Positions 50,962-58,585 of a stretch of DNA of 64,000 nt are shown one piece after another. Position 1 is the first letter of the stretch, and the number at the start of each line of letters is the position of its first letter. Source of the stretch: Escherichia phage vB-Eco-KMB43; sequence record OR525698.1, one strand, 5' to 3'. A program made the translations under genes and the position numbers. The notes under the pieces are model-generated. The model ran no database searches and was not told where the DNA came from. It was given only the letters and a program-made list of their open reading frames with translations.

Positions 50962-51174
50962 TTATAATGCACCATCGAGCAATTGCTCTAAGGTGTATCC
51001 TGAATAGTCTTTTTCAATCAGGATATATTTTCCTACTCGTTTAATACAACCGCGCATTTCAACGTATTCTGCGTAGTTGATGGTGCGAGTTGTTCCATCT
51101 TCCAGTAATGCAGTACCGATTTCGTTAATGCGGTCATAAGTTACGTCGGTAATGATGATTTCGATGTTAGCCAT
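50962..51174 (-). CDS. hypothetical small protein (70 aa)
   Basis: ORF preceded by cassette copy 1 with AAGGAG SD. Confidence 0.45.
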   Translation of the reverse strand: MANIEIIITDVTYDRINEIGTALLEDGTTRTINYAEYVEMRGCIKRVGKYILIEKDYSGYTLEQLLDGAL

Positions 51175-51245
51175 TTGATACTCCTTAGTAGTTCGTTTCG
51201 GTATGGGTGTATTATGATATACACCCTCTGTTATGTCAACAACTT
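51175..51245 (-). promoter_or_regulatory. promoter/5'UTR cassette copy 1 (PeSL-like)
   Basis: minus-strand TTGACA (plus 51234-51239), 17-bp spacer, CATAAT, conserved UTR ...ACACCCATACCGAAACGA..AAGGAG. Confidence 0.6.
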
Positions 51246-51425
51246 TTAGAACATTTTTGAAATCAATTCTGCTTTGATTTCGCAGAGAACATCTAAAGAT
51301 TTCTCGTCACCTGCTTTTGCTGCTTCTGCTTGCATTTTTGAAATGGCTTCAATGTCGGTGCAATTATAAGCCGCTTGAACTTTAGCGATTGCGATGATTG
51401 CCGATTCGATGGTTAAGTGTTTCAT
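51246..51425 (-). CDS. hypothetical small protein (59 aa)
   Basis: ATG 51425 directly downstream of cassette copy 2; not in ORF track. Confidence 0.4.
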   Translation of the reverse strand: MKHLTIESAIIAIAKVQAAYNCTDIEAISKMQAEAAKAGDEKSLDVLCEIKAELISKMF

Positions 51426-51495
51426 GTTTGATTCCCCTTTCGTTTCGGTATGTGTGTATTATAGGGGATCACCGATCCCCCTGTCAACAACTTTT
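51426..51495 (-). promoter_or_regulatory. promoter/5'UTR cassette copy 2 (PeSL-like)
   Basis: TTGACA (plus 51482-51487), palindromic spacer GGGGGATCGGTGATCCCC, TATAAT, conserved UTR. Confidence 0.65.
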
Positions 51496-51498
51496 TAG

Positions 51499-52014
51499 TT
51501 ATTTTTTTAATTGCTCATCTTGCAATAGGGCAATCACATGCTGGCGATGTTCTTCCGATTGAGGCACACCGAAAAAGTTTGTTTTGTAGAAATACTCTAA
51601 TCGGTCTTCTCGTGTGCTCTCTTCCATCATGATCGCGGGTAGTCCGAGATTTCGGAAACGTCGCTTTTCTGCTGGCGTAAAATCACTGTAATACAACATA
51701 GAATCATCATTACCAGCAATGCTAAACTCATCCTTCATAAAGGAGAATATTGCGTTTAAACGCTGTTTACCGTCCACGATTTCGATCTCATAGCGAGAGC
51801 CATCATCAATCTTAGCCATTGCGATAGCACCGACCGGAAAATCATTAATCAGGTTTTCGATAAACATACGTTTGTTTTCGGTGTCCCATACCAAAGGACG
51901 CTGATAATCTGGGTTCATGTTGATATAGCCATCTTCTAACCATGCTTCGTAAACAGAGATGACAAAGTTTTTAGTATTGGTATAGTAACGGCGTTTAGGC
52001 GTTAAACGGTTCAT
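51499..52014 (-). CDS. DUF262 / ParB-like nuclease-domain protein
   Basis: motifs DYQRPLVW and VDGKQR; ATG 52014 with AGGAGA SD, 1 nt after the upstream stop; ORF-track alternative start 52050. Confidence 0.55.
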   Translation of the reverse strand: MNRLTPKRRYYTNTKNFVISVYEAWLEDGYINMNPDYQRPLVWDTENKRMFIENLINDFPVGAIAMAKIDDGSRYEIEIVDGKQRLNAIFSFMKDEFSIAGNDDSMLYYSDFTPAEKRRFRNLGLPAIMMEESTREDRLEYFYKTNFFGVPQSEEHRQHVIALLQDEQLKK

Positions 52015-52015
52015 G

Positions 52016-52348
52016 TTATAGTCTCCTGAATGGATCATCACGTAAATCAATATCTTTTAAGAACTCATCCCATGAATGGCGGATATTGTTCTTAATTCTC
52101 CAGATAAGCGCAGGGATTGAACGCTCTCCCATCTGGAAGTATGGATCATATGATCCGTATGCCCAATATGCTACTACAATTCCACAATCAGCGCAATAGT
52201 ATTCTATTTCACTTGCTGGCGACCAAAGTCCATCAATATGATCGGTGATCTTGCTTTCGATGTTATGGCTATGACAATCAGGGCAACGGATGCAATGACC
52301 TTGTTTATCGTAATTTGACGTTAGCGAATACTTAAACAATCTCATCAT
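52016..52348 (-). CDS. zinc-ribbon protein (two CxxC pairs)
   Basis: 110 aa; CIRCPDC ... CADCG; start overlaps upstream stop (ATGA). Confidence 0.45.
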   Translation of the reverse strand: MMRLFKYSLTSNYDKQGHCIRCPDCHSHNIESKITDHIDGLWSPASEIEYYCADCGIVVAYWAYGSYDPYFQMGERSIPALIWRIKNNIRHSWDEFLKDIDLRDDPFRRL

Positions 52349-53061
52349 AGATCCTTATTTGCTTCAAATACTGCCTTTGCGAATCCTCGCGGGGTAAGTG
52401 ACCTGATAGTCTTTGTTTTCGTTCCTTTCCCGCCTAGCTTAGAATGCTGTTTACTGTACCCTTTATTAATCTGCAAAGGTTTCTTTTCTGGCATTATAAA
52501 GCCTTGTCCGGTCCATAAGCAAGTCTTTTTCGGGTACATATCACGGGCGGCGATATACTCAGGAAAAGTAGGATGTTTATCATCTTCCGGCAAATAACCG
52601 CCATATTCCCACGGATGGAACATATAATCAGGCTTACGCCACATGCTAGAGATAACGCTTACAGGATTCTCTATCATGTAGGGAACTCCTAGCCATTCAC
52701 CCAAATAAGCGGTTATTTTAGCTGCCCGTACATCATGAACTTGAATCAATGGTCCTTGCTCTCGTTTCTTTCGTTCAAAGTGTGCAGCGCCACTAACAGC
52801 TAAATTGGTGCACGGTGGGAATGCAAAGATAATATCCGGTTTCCCCCATTCAAGGTCCATTGCTCTTTCCAGCCAGTTCAAATCAATCCAGGTGTTTACA
52901 TAGGTAATGTTTGGATGTTCAAATCTGGTATTATACTTTTTGTATGTACCGTGGTCGGCGTCATCCGCATTAAAGCAGACTACCTTATGACCTGCTTTAG
53001 CCCATTCTAGCCCCATTATCCCCGATCCGTCAAAGTTACAGAATATTAATTTTTGTTTCAT
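52345..53061 (-). CDS. C5-cytosine methyltransferase-fold protein (atypical PCT motif)
   Basis: 238 aa; motif I-like FCNFDGSGIMG, motif IV-like DIIFAFPPCTNLAVSGA, motif VI-like MIENP; no obvious target-recognition domain. Confidence 0.5.
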   Translation of the reverse strand: MKQKLIFCNFDGSGIMGLEWAKAGHKVVCFNADDADHGTYKKYNTRFEHPNITYVNTWIDLNWLERAMDLEWGKPDIIFAFPPCTNLAVSGAAHFERKKREQGPLIQVHDVRAAKITAYLGEWLGVPYMIENPVSVISSMWRKPDYMFHPWEYGGYLPEDDKHPTFPEYIAARDMYPKKTCLWTGQGFIMPEKKPLQINKGYSKQHSKLGGKGTKTKTIRSLTPRGFAKAVFEANKDL

Positions 53062-53303
53062 ATACGCCCCTTTAATCCAACACAGATTTTAGAAGGTTCT
53101 TTGCCGTGCCACATTAAGTAAAGTCCATTAATGCGGCCTTGTTTTGTATATGATTCTTTTCTGATCTTCTTATAGTGTCGTGCTTCCTCAGCCGATTGTT
53201 TAGAATACCAATCATAAAGGAAGAGGCACAAAGGCCAACCATTAGCGGCCTTAATGCAGTTATTAAGAAATTCCTTATTGCGTTTAATTAATTTTCTTTT
53301 CAC
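53058..53303 (-). CDS. hypothetical basic protein (81 aa)
   Basis: ORF with overlapping start/stop in the operon. Confidence 0.4.
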   Translation of the reverse strand: MKRKLIKRNKEFLNNCIKAANGWPLCLFLYDWYSKQSAEEARHYKKIRKESYTKQGRINGLYLMWHGKEPSKICVGLKGRI

Positions 53304-53551
53304 GCTGCCCCCATTGGTTTGATAGTAACAGAATCTAAAAGACCTTTGTTAGCCAGTTCGCGGCAAGTTTTCAGATCCGCAACTTCCCAGCCAGCCGCAA
53401 TCAGGTTATCGATGAGGCTGTTAGCAACTTCTTCGCTCATGAAAGAGCACTGTTTGCCGATGGTGTAGCGTACACGCTGTAATTTCAGTTTACGGAAGCC
53501 TTTAACGTTCAGGTCTTTAGCGATTTTCTTTGCGGTTTCGATGTTAGCCAT
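53300..53551 (-). CDS. hypothetical protein (83 aa), first gene of the operon
   Basis: ATG directly downstream of cassette copy 3 (AGGAGAATCAAACAATG). Confidence 0.45.
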   Translation of the reverse strand: MANIETAKKIAKDLNVKGFRKLKLQRVRYTIGKQCSFMSEEVANSLIDNLIAAGWEVADLKTCRELANKGLLDSVTIKPMGAA

Positions 53552-53628
53552 TGTTTGATTCTCCTAAGTGGTATCTAGTCTTGATGGTTGTATTGTAGGG
53601 GAGTTATCCTCCCCTGTCAACACTTTTT
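53552..53628 (-). promoter_or_regulatory. promoter/5'UTR cassette copy 3 (PeSL-like)
   Basis: TTGACA (plus 53615-53620), palindromic spacer GGGGAGGATAACTCCCC, TACAAT, conserved UTR. Confidence 0.6.
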
Positions 53629-53634
53629 ATAAAA

Positions 53635-53802
53635 TTATTTGTTAATTTCCGGTGCGTTGCTAGGATAGTAACCTTCTTTAACTCCGAGGTATTTCGCAAC
53701 CATCCCTACAATCTTCTGTGCTACTACAATGTCAAATTTCAGATAATCTTCGCCGTGGGTTTCAATGATATATGCTTCACATGCTGCTTTAGTCTCGAAC
53801 AT
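53635..53802 (-). CDS. hypothetical small protein (55 aa), paralogue of 57256-57423
   Basis: ATG after cassette copy 4; about 87% amino-acid identity to the second copy. Confidence 0.5.
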   Translation of the reverse strand: MFETKAACEAYIIETHGEDYLKFDIVVAQKIVGMVAKYLGVKEGYYPSNAPEINK

Positions 53803-53873
53803 TTTGATTCTCCTATTTCGTTTCGGTATGTGTGTATTATAGGGGATCTCCCGATCCCCGTCAACAACTTTTT
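53803..53873 (-). promoter_or_regulatory. promoter/5'UTR cassette copy 4 (PeSL-like)
   Basis: TTGACG (plus 53860-53865), palindromic spacer GGGATCGGGAGATCCCC, TATAAT. Confidence 0.6.
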
Positions 53874-53880
53874 TTTAAAA

Positions 53881-54162
53881 TTATTCGTGATTAGTTTCGA
53901 TGTTGTGCATTTTGCACCAGTTCAGCCAATCACCCAGATCCTGATAGTTAATGCTTTTATCTGCTGCCATCGTTTTTGTCTTGATACCCATATGTGCGTT
54001 ATGAGTAAGCATTTTTACAGTGAACTCAATTTTATCACCTTTAGCTTTAACATCAACCAGTTTGGTCCACTGGCTACCAGCGCCGCGAATGTTCATACCA
54101 ACGATGTTTCCGATGTATGCTTCTTTGTTTTTCAGGATTTCGGTTGCTTTGATGAATTTCAT
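53881..54162 (-). CDS. hypothetical protein (93 aa)
   Basis: ORF downstream of cassette copy 5. Confidence 0.45.
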   Translation of the reverse strand: MKFIKATEILKNKEAYIGNIVGMNIRGAGSQWTKLVDVKAKGDKIEFTVKMLTHNAHMGIKTKTMAADKSINYQDLGDWLNWCKMHNIETNHE

Positions 54163-54232
54163 TTTTGATTCTCCAGTTCGTTTCGGTATGTGTGTATTAT
54201 GCTATTTTCTTACTTTGGTGTCAACAACTTTT
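54163..54232 (-). promoter_or_regulatory. promoter/5'UTR cassette copy 5 (PeSL-like)
   Basis: TTGACA (plus 54219-54224), CATAAT, conserved UTR. Confidence 0.55.
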
Positions 54233-54233
54233 T

Positions 54234-54503
54234 TTAGATATTTTCAGAAATAAATTTTAAAACTTGACGTAAATGTTTCTCATCTTTGATAGTCGCCGGA
54301 AGTTCTTCTTTTACTTCCTGTGCAAGATAGATATTTCCGTTCCAAGTGAAAGATCCGTCTTCGTTTACGCGATAGCTGAACATCCACTCGCAATCATTTT
54401 CGATTTCATATACACACAGAAGAGTGTAATCTTCAAAGCTATTGATTTCAAGGTCGAAGCCGTGACGTTTTGCAAAGTTGGTAGTGGTTTTAGTCAGTGC
54501 CAT
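54234..54503 (-). CDS. hypothetical protein (89 aa)
   Basis: ORF downstream of cassette copy 6. Confidence 0.45.
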   Translation of the reverse strand: MALTKTTTNFAKRHGFDLEINSFEDYTLLCVYEIENDCEWMFSYRVNEDGSFTWNGNIYLAQEVKEELPATIKDEKHLRQVLKFISENI

Positions 54504-54580
54504 TGTTTGATTCTCCTAAGTGGTATCTCGTCTTGATGGGTGTATTATGCTATAGGCGTGATCTGGTGTCAATGCTTTTT
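54504..54580 (-). promoter_or_regulatory. promoter/5'UTR cassette copy 6 (PeSL-like)
   Basis: TTGACA (plus 54567-54572), 17-bp spacer, CATAAT. Confidence 0.55.
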
Positions 54581-54820
54581 TTAATTTTATGCAATAAAAA
54601 GACGACACTAAGGTCGGCACATTTTAAAAATTCTTGCCATATATGCAAGCCTCATAATCTAGAGGATGACCGCCAATCCTACCCGGCTTAATATTCCAAC
54701 CGCATCGATATTTGCTGACCATGCTAACAGTTTCGGTTCTTAGAGCATTTTCTTTGCAAATCATACCCCATAAATTCTTTTCTATAAGGACAGTCCGCTT
54801 TGCAAGTTGGCGGTTCTACG

Positions 54821-55012
54821 TCATTTAGCGGGTCGGAAGCAGTTGGCTTTATTATCAATTCTTTGTTTGCAATAATCATAAGCACATCCCATTGAAGACA
54901 ATTTAACATCTTCGCAATAAGTGTTGAATCCGTCAAACACGGTCACTTCGTATTTGACTCCATCAGCGATAGCTTTTACTTTATACCATCCATGCTTGTA
55001 TAAAATCTTCAT
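54821..55012 (-). CDS. hypothetical Cys-rich protein (63 aa)
   Basis: ATG directly downstream of cassette copy 7; overlapped out of frame by ORF 54724-54936. Confidence 0.4.
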   Translation of the reverse strand: MKILYKHGWYKVKAIADGVKYEVTVFDGFNTYCEDVKLSSMGCAYDYCKQRIDNKANCFRPAK

Positions 55013-55082
55013 CTTTATTTCCTCAATCTCGTTTCGATGGGTGTATTATGCTATAGGCTAGACCAGGTTGTCAACAACTTTT
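55013..55082 (-). promoter_or_regulatory. promoter/5'UTR cassette copy 7 (PeSL-like)
   Basis: TTGACA (plus 55069-55074), CATAAT, conserved UTR. Confidence 0.55.
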
Positions 55083-55103
55083 TTAATTTTTTGGAAATAA
55101 AAA

Positions 55104-55124
55104 AGCCGACGCTAAGGTCGGCTA
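55104..55124 (-). terminator. rho-independent terminator (minus strand)
   Basis: AGCCGACGCTAAGGTCGGCT hairpin with TTTTTT on the minus strand; degenerate copy at 54597-54620. Confidence 0.6.
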
Positions 55125-55130
55125 ATAAAA

Positions 55131-55439
55131 TCATTTAGACAAATAATCATTCTGTGCAATCCGGTCGGCGTATGCTGGTGTTACGTCAATCGCCAACACT
55201 TTAACGCGTGCTTTCTTGCGACCTGGGTTTTCTCGTAACCAGTGCTCATGACCGTGCACATTTTTATATTTTGATGCGGTTTCGAAGGTACGGATCGGAC
55301 CTGGATAATCTGCGTAAAGGATCTCTAGGTCTTCGGTGATGTAAAAATATACATCATAATTACTGTTCTCTAGTTTAAGCAGAGAATTGCGAAATTGTGG
55401 TAAATTCTCGCGGGTAAATTCAACTACAAGATTTTTCAT
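55131..55439 (-). CDS. small protein, paralogue family A (HxHW ... AxDV.P..AD), member 1
   Basis: ATG 55439 with GAGGA SD; HEHW and VLAIDVTPAYAD motifs. Confidence 0.5.
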   Translation of the reverse strand: MKNLVVEFTRENLPQFRNSLLKLENSNYDVYFYITEDLEILYADYPGPIRTFETASKYKNVHGHEHWLRENPGRKKARVKVLAIDVTPAYADRIAQNDYLSK

Positions 55440-55468
55440 AGTGATATCCTCATTCAGATAGATTAAAA

Positions 55469-55483
55469 GGGGCTTAACGCCCC
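55469..55483 (-). terminator. hairpin terminator (minus strand)
   Basis: GGGGCTTAACGCCCC palindrome, identical to 50941-50955. Confidence 0.5.
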
Positions 55484-55488
55484 GTATA

Positions 55489-55776
55489 TTAAAACAGTCC
55501 TTCCTGTACACCGTAGTAGAGTTCGTCACTGATAATTTCATTAATGCGACGGTGTGCATATTCCTGATTTGCGAAGTTGTCAGCAAGTTCTACTTTAGTT
55601 TCGCCGTCATGAGTCCATTTAGTGATAACTTTACCATCTGCAAATTTGAAGTTGAACTCTTTAGCTACTGCATCGCGTACCAGACGTGCGAACTTGTTGT
55701 TACGGATTGCATTATCGGTTTCGTGTGCAGCGTGAGCAAATTTGTTAACTTTCAGAGTGATAGTAATGTATGCCAT
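55489..55776 (-). CDS. small protein, paralogue family B, member 1
   Basis: 95 aa; LVRDAVAKEFNFK shared with 58658-58969 (LIREVRKALAKEFNTK). Confidence 0.5.
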   Translation of the reverse strand: MAYITITLKVNKFAHAAHETDNAIRNNKFARLVRDAVAKEFNFKFADGKVITKWTHDGETKVELADNFANQEYAHRRINEIISDELYYGVQEGLF

Positions 55777-55859
55777 AATTTGATTCTCCTAGTTAGAAAG
55801 TGTATCTCGTTTCGATGGGTGTATTATGCTATACACCCGATCCATTGTCAACGCCTTTT
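55777..55859 (-). promoter_or_regulatory. promoter/5'UTR cassette copy 8 (PeSL-like)
   Basis: TTGACA (plus 55846-55851) overlapping the stop codon of the upstream ORF; CATAAT. Confidence 0.55.
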
Positions 55860-56183
55860 TATAAAATAATTTTCGATATCTTTATGATGTTTTTCTCGTG
55901 CTTGGTCTGCCTCGGCTGGCGATACGTTGGAAGCGATAATCTTCACTACTGTTGCACCTTTTTCGGTGTCCGACACCCAATGATTATGGAAACCGCTATT
56001 ATTAAACACTTGATAAGAAAATGATTTAATGCTAGGGAAATTATATGTGTAATAGCGTACCTTTAATTCTGAATCTATGTATAGATAGATCACCGCACCT
56101 AGATAGACCGTCTCACTCGTTCCATCAACTAACAGTAGAGTATTTCGCAATTCTTCTAAATTGTCTTTTGTAAGAAAAATCAT
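55848..56183 (-). CDS. small protein, paralogue family A, member 2
   Basis: 111 aa; LYIDSELKVRYY, HNHW, IIASNVSPAEAD. Confidence 0.5.
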   Translation of the reverse strand: MIFLTKDNLEELRNTLLLVDGTSETVYLGAVIYLYIDSELKVRYYTYNFPSIKSFSYQVFNNSGFHNHWVSDTEKGATVVKIIASNVSPAEADQAREKHHKDIENYFIKRR

Positions 56184-56197
56184 AGTATAATCCTCAA

Positions 56198-56533
56198 TTA
56201 AACCAAATTAACTTTGGTGTTGTGGTGTTTTTCTCGTGCTTCGTCCGCTTCTTCCGGTGTCACGTTACGAGCGACTACAATAACACTTGCTGCCTCTCCG
56301 TGATGAGAGATCTCTACCCAATGGTTATGATTTGTGAATCCGTGTTTTATTGCGTAAGCGAACGGCTTGGACGTCCAGTAGTTACTATAATATCGTACAT
56401 TTAGATCGCTATCAATGTACAAATATGTGCTGTCGTTTACATTGCCACTAACAACAAAAACAAGACAATTGCGAAGATCTGGCAATATTTTGTCTGTCAA
56501 TTTTATAATGTGACTGTTCATAATTAACACCAC
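56198..56533 (-). CDS. small protein, paralogue family A, member 3
   Basis: 111 aa; LYIDSDLNVRYY, HNHW, VVARNVTPEEAD. Confidence 0.5.
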   Translation of the reverse strand: MVLIMNSHIIKLTDKILPDLRNCLVFVVSGNVNDSTYLYIDSDLNVRYYSNYWTSKPFAYAIKHGFTNHNHWVEISHHGEAASVIVVARNVTPEEADEAREKHHNTKVNLV

Positions 56534-56733
56534 TCAAGAGTTTTTGAAAACACATCTATCCATTGTTGAGTATATGCAGTTTCTTTCCACGAGACAATAC
56601 CAGTAGAATAATGATTCTTGTTTCCAGAAAAGGACGGGCATTTTGATGCATCTTCCATCATCTTTTCGGCGAACTCTGGTTCGTATACTCGCAAGATCTG
56701 TTGATATGCTTTGTAGTCTTTAAATTTGCTCAT
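56524..56733 (-). CDS. hypothetical small protein (69 aa)
   Basis: ORF between family A members. Confidence 0.4.
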   Translation of the reverse strand: MSKFKDYKAYQQILRVYEPEFAEKMMEDASKCPSFSGNKNHYSTGIVSWKETAYTQQWIDVFSKTLEWC

Positions 56734-56998
56734 AATCGTTAACTACCTTATCAGCTTCTTTTATTGTTTTTACATCAACTGCGATAACCCGTAAAGGTTC
56801 GTCGTGGTTCCACCAATGATCGTGAATATCAGCTTGTGATTTATCACCAAAGGAATCACGAATATCATTTTTACATTTATAGCTAATGTGACCGTCATAG
56901 TCAACATAAAGGTAATTATCGAAAATCGGCGTTTTTAAGATCATGCCGAAAAATCTTTCTTTGTGTGTCTTATCCAGTGTTGCAGTAATTCGCATCAT
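56720..56998 (-). CDS. small protein, paralogue family A, member 4
   Basis: 92 aa; HDHW, VIAVDVKTIKEAD; AGAGGAA SD. Confidence 0.5.
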   Translation of the reverse strand: MMRITATLDKTHKERFFGMILKTPIFDNYLYVDYDGHISYKCKNDIRDSFGDKSQADIHDHWWNHDEPLRVIAVDVKTIKEADKVVNDYEQI

Positions 56999-57010
56999 AA
57001 TATATTCCTC

Positions 57011-57190
57011 TTAGAAAGGGATGGTCATTTCTTGAGCTTGTACATTCTCGTTAGGATTAAACTTCATCCAACCGATATTGTCTACCAGCATATGCACATT
57101 TTTATCATATCCTACGTGAGTAGTCAATACTAAATGTGCTTTACCTTCAACGATGATTTCCATGTACTTCTGAACTTCGATAGCTTTCAT
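57011..57190 (-). CDS. hypothetical small protein (59 aa)
   Basis: ATG directly downstream of cassette copy 9; not in ORF track. Confidence 0.4.
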   Translation of the reverse strand: MKAIEVQKYMEIIVEGKAHLVLTTHVGYDKNVHMLVDNIGWMKFNPNENVQAQEMTIPF

Positions 57191-57191
57191 T

Positions 57192-57255
57192 TTTGATTCT
57201 CCGTTTGTTGTCTTGATGGGAGTATATTACTACTCCCTTTAATCATTGTCAACTA
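57192..57255 (-). promoter_or_regulatory. promoter/5'UTR cassette copy 9 (PeSL-like)
   Basis: TTGACA (plus 57247-57252), 17-bp spacer, TAATAT; palindrome GGGAGTA..TACTCCC. Confidence 0.5.
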
Positions 57256-57423
57256 TTATTTGTTAATTTCCGGTGCGTTGCTCGGATAGTAACCTTCTTT
57301 AACACCCAGATATTTTGCGACCATTCCGGTGATCTTCTGTGCTACTACAATGTCAAATTTCAGGTAGTCTTCACCGTGGTTTGCTACAATGTATGCTTCG
57401 CATTCTGCTTTAGTCTGGAACAT
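57256..57423 (-). CDS. hypothetical small protein (55 aa), paralogue of 53635-53802
   Basis: near-identical nucleotide and protein sequence to the first copy; ATG after cassette copy 10. Confidence 0.5.
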   Translation of the reverse strand: MFQTKAECEAYIVANHGEDYLKFDIVVAQKITGMVAKYLGVKEGYYPSNAPEINK

Positions 57424-57493
57424 TTTTGATTCTCCTATATCTCGTTGGTATGTGTGTAGTATAGGGGATCACCGATCCCCTGTCAACAACTTT
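57424..57493 (-). promoter_or_regulatory. promoter/5'UTR cassette copy 10 (PeSL-like)
   Basis: TTGACA (plus 57481-57486), palindromic spacer GGGGATCGGTGATCCCC, TATACT. Confidence 0.6.
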
Positions 57494-57802
57494 TTATTCT
57501 TCATCTTCATCTTTATCTTGATATGCGTACGTCATAAATTTGTCTGCTACTTTGTCCGCGTTTTCAGGTTCTACGTCTGACGCTAGGACAACAGCTAGTT
57601 CTGTTTTGTCGTTTCCATCATACCAATGATTATGAGTGTCGTTTTCTTCGATATAAAACGAATCATTTGGAGTTGTGCGACAATATACGTCTAAATTCCC
57701 ATCGATATAAAAGATCCAATCCGAATACAAAATGATTGTTTTAGCAAGATTTTTATTGCCTTCAACGAAAGGTTCGGCTACAAACAAATTAGTATGTTCC
57801 AT
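57494..57802 (-). CDS. small protein, paralogue family A, member 5
   Basis: ATG 57802 with GAGGA SD; HNHW, LAVVLASDVEPENAD. Confidence 0.5.
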   Translation of the reverse strand: MEHTNLFVAEPFVEGNKNLAKTIILYSDWIFYIDGNLDVYCRTTPNDSFYIEENDTHNHWYDGNDKTELAVVLASDVEPENADKVADKFMTYAYQDKDEDEE

Positions 57803-57819
57803 AGTATTTTTCCTCAAAA

Positions 57820-58011
57820 TTATACAGCTTCGTAAACTTCCCAATGTCCAACACCAGCACGCTTAACGAAAAGGTTTTCTTTTATGTTATTCATAAACGT
57901 CTGGATGGATTTAATTCGTTTGGAAGGTTTCCAGTCTTCGTTGGTATTGCGTCGATACATCATAACATTACCAGACCGCTTATATTCAGCAACCATTTTA
58001 AGACCACACAT
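57820..58011 (-). CDS. hypothetical small protein (63 aa)
   Basis: ATG 58011 with GAGGA SD downstream of cassette copy 11. Confidence 0.4.
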   Translation of the reverse strand: MCGLKMVAEYKRSGNVMMYRRNTNEDWKPSKRIKSIQTFMNNIKENLFVKRAGVGHWEVYEAV

Positions 58012-58090
58012 AATATTATCCTCAATTTGTGGGAGAGTATTACCCTCCCGATTATTGTTATACTACATTACGCAAAATGGCGTGTCAATG
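58012..58090 (-). promoter_or_regulatory. promoter cassette copy 11 (divergent variant)
   Basis: TTGACA (plus 58083-58088, inside the 3' end of the upstream ORF), TAGTAT; palindrome GGGAG..CTCCC. Confidence 0.4.
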
Positions 58091-58388
58091 CTTCTTTTGC
58101 TGTTCCGCTAAGATTCTCTATCTCTCCTGGCATAACATCAACCGCCAGAACTTCTACAACATCCTCTGATCCTAACCAGTGAGTATGACCTTTGTAGAAC
58201 TTGATAATCAGACTACCTTCCTCATCCCATTTAACGCTATCGCTAGCCCACCACACATCACCGTCGATAAAGTTGATGTAAAGCACACTACGCCACATTG
58301 AATTAATTACTTTCAATACTGCGCCTTTCATATCTTCCACGGTGTGGTCTTCCATTTTGAAGACCTCGCCTACCTGAACTTTTGCCAT
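58068..58388 (-). CDS. small protein, paralogue family A, member 6
   Basis: 106 aa; HTHW, VLAVDVMPGEIEN. Confidence 0.5.
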   Translation of the reverse strand: MAKVQVGEVFKMEDHTVEDMKGAVLKVINSMWRSVLYINFIDGDVWWASDSVKWDEEGSLIIKFYKGHTHWLGSEDVVEVLAVDVMPGEIENLSGTAKEALTRHFA

Positions 58389-58405
58389 TTAGTCACCTCT
58401 CTTTA

Positions 58406-58585
58406 TTACATAACAATTACGCCAGCCGTTGAAAGTTGATGTTTCAACTGAGCATTTTCTGCTACTGTCAAATCAATGATTTCTTGTGACGCTGCAATCA
58501 TATAGCCATTGGTGATATTGTTTTGCATCAGTTCAATGGTTTCTTCGTTGTAGCGGATTTTAGCGATGATTTCGTTGAAGTTCAT
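58406..58585 (-). CDS. hypothetical small protein (59 aa)
   Basis: ATG 58585 directly downstream of cassette copy 12; not in ORF track. Confidence 0.4.
   Translation of the reverse strand: MNFNEIIAKIRYNEETIELMQNNITNGYMIAASQEIIDLTVAENAQLKHQLSTAGVIVM

Noticed and set aside
53755-54536. Several plus-strand ORFs (137, 77 and 87 aa) in the small-gene array
   Set aside because: All overlap minus-strand ORFs that have cassette promoters and Shine-Dalgarno sites; the plus-strand frames have neither.
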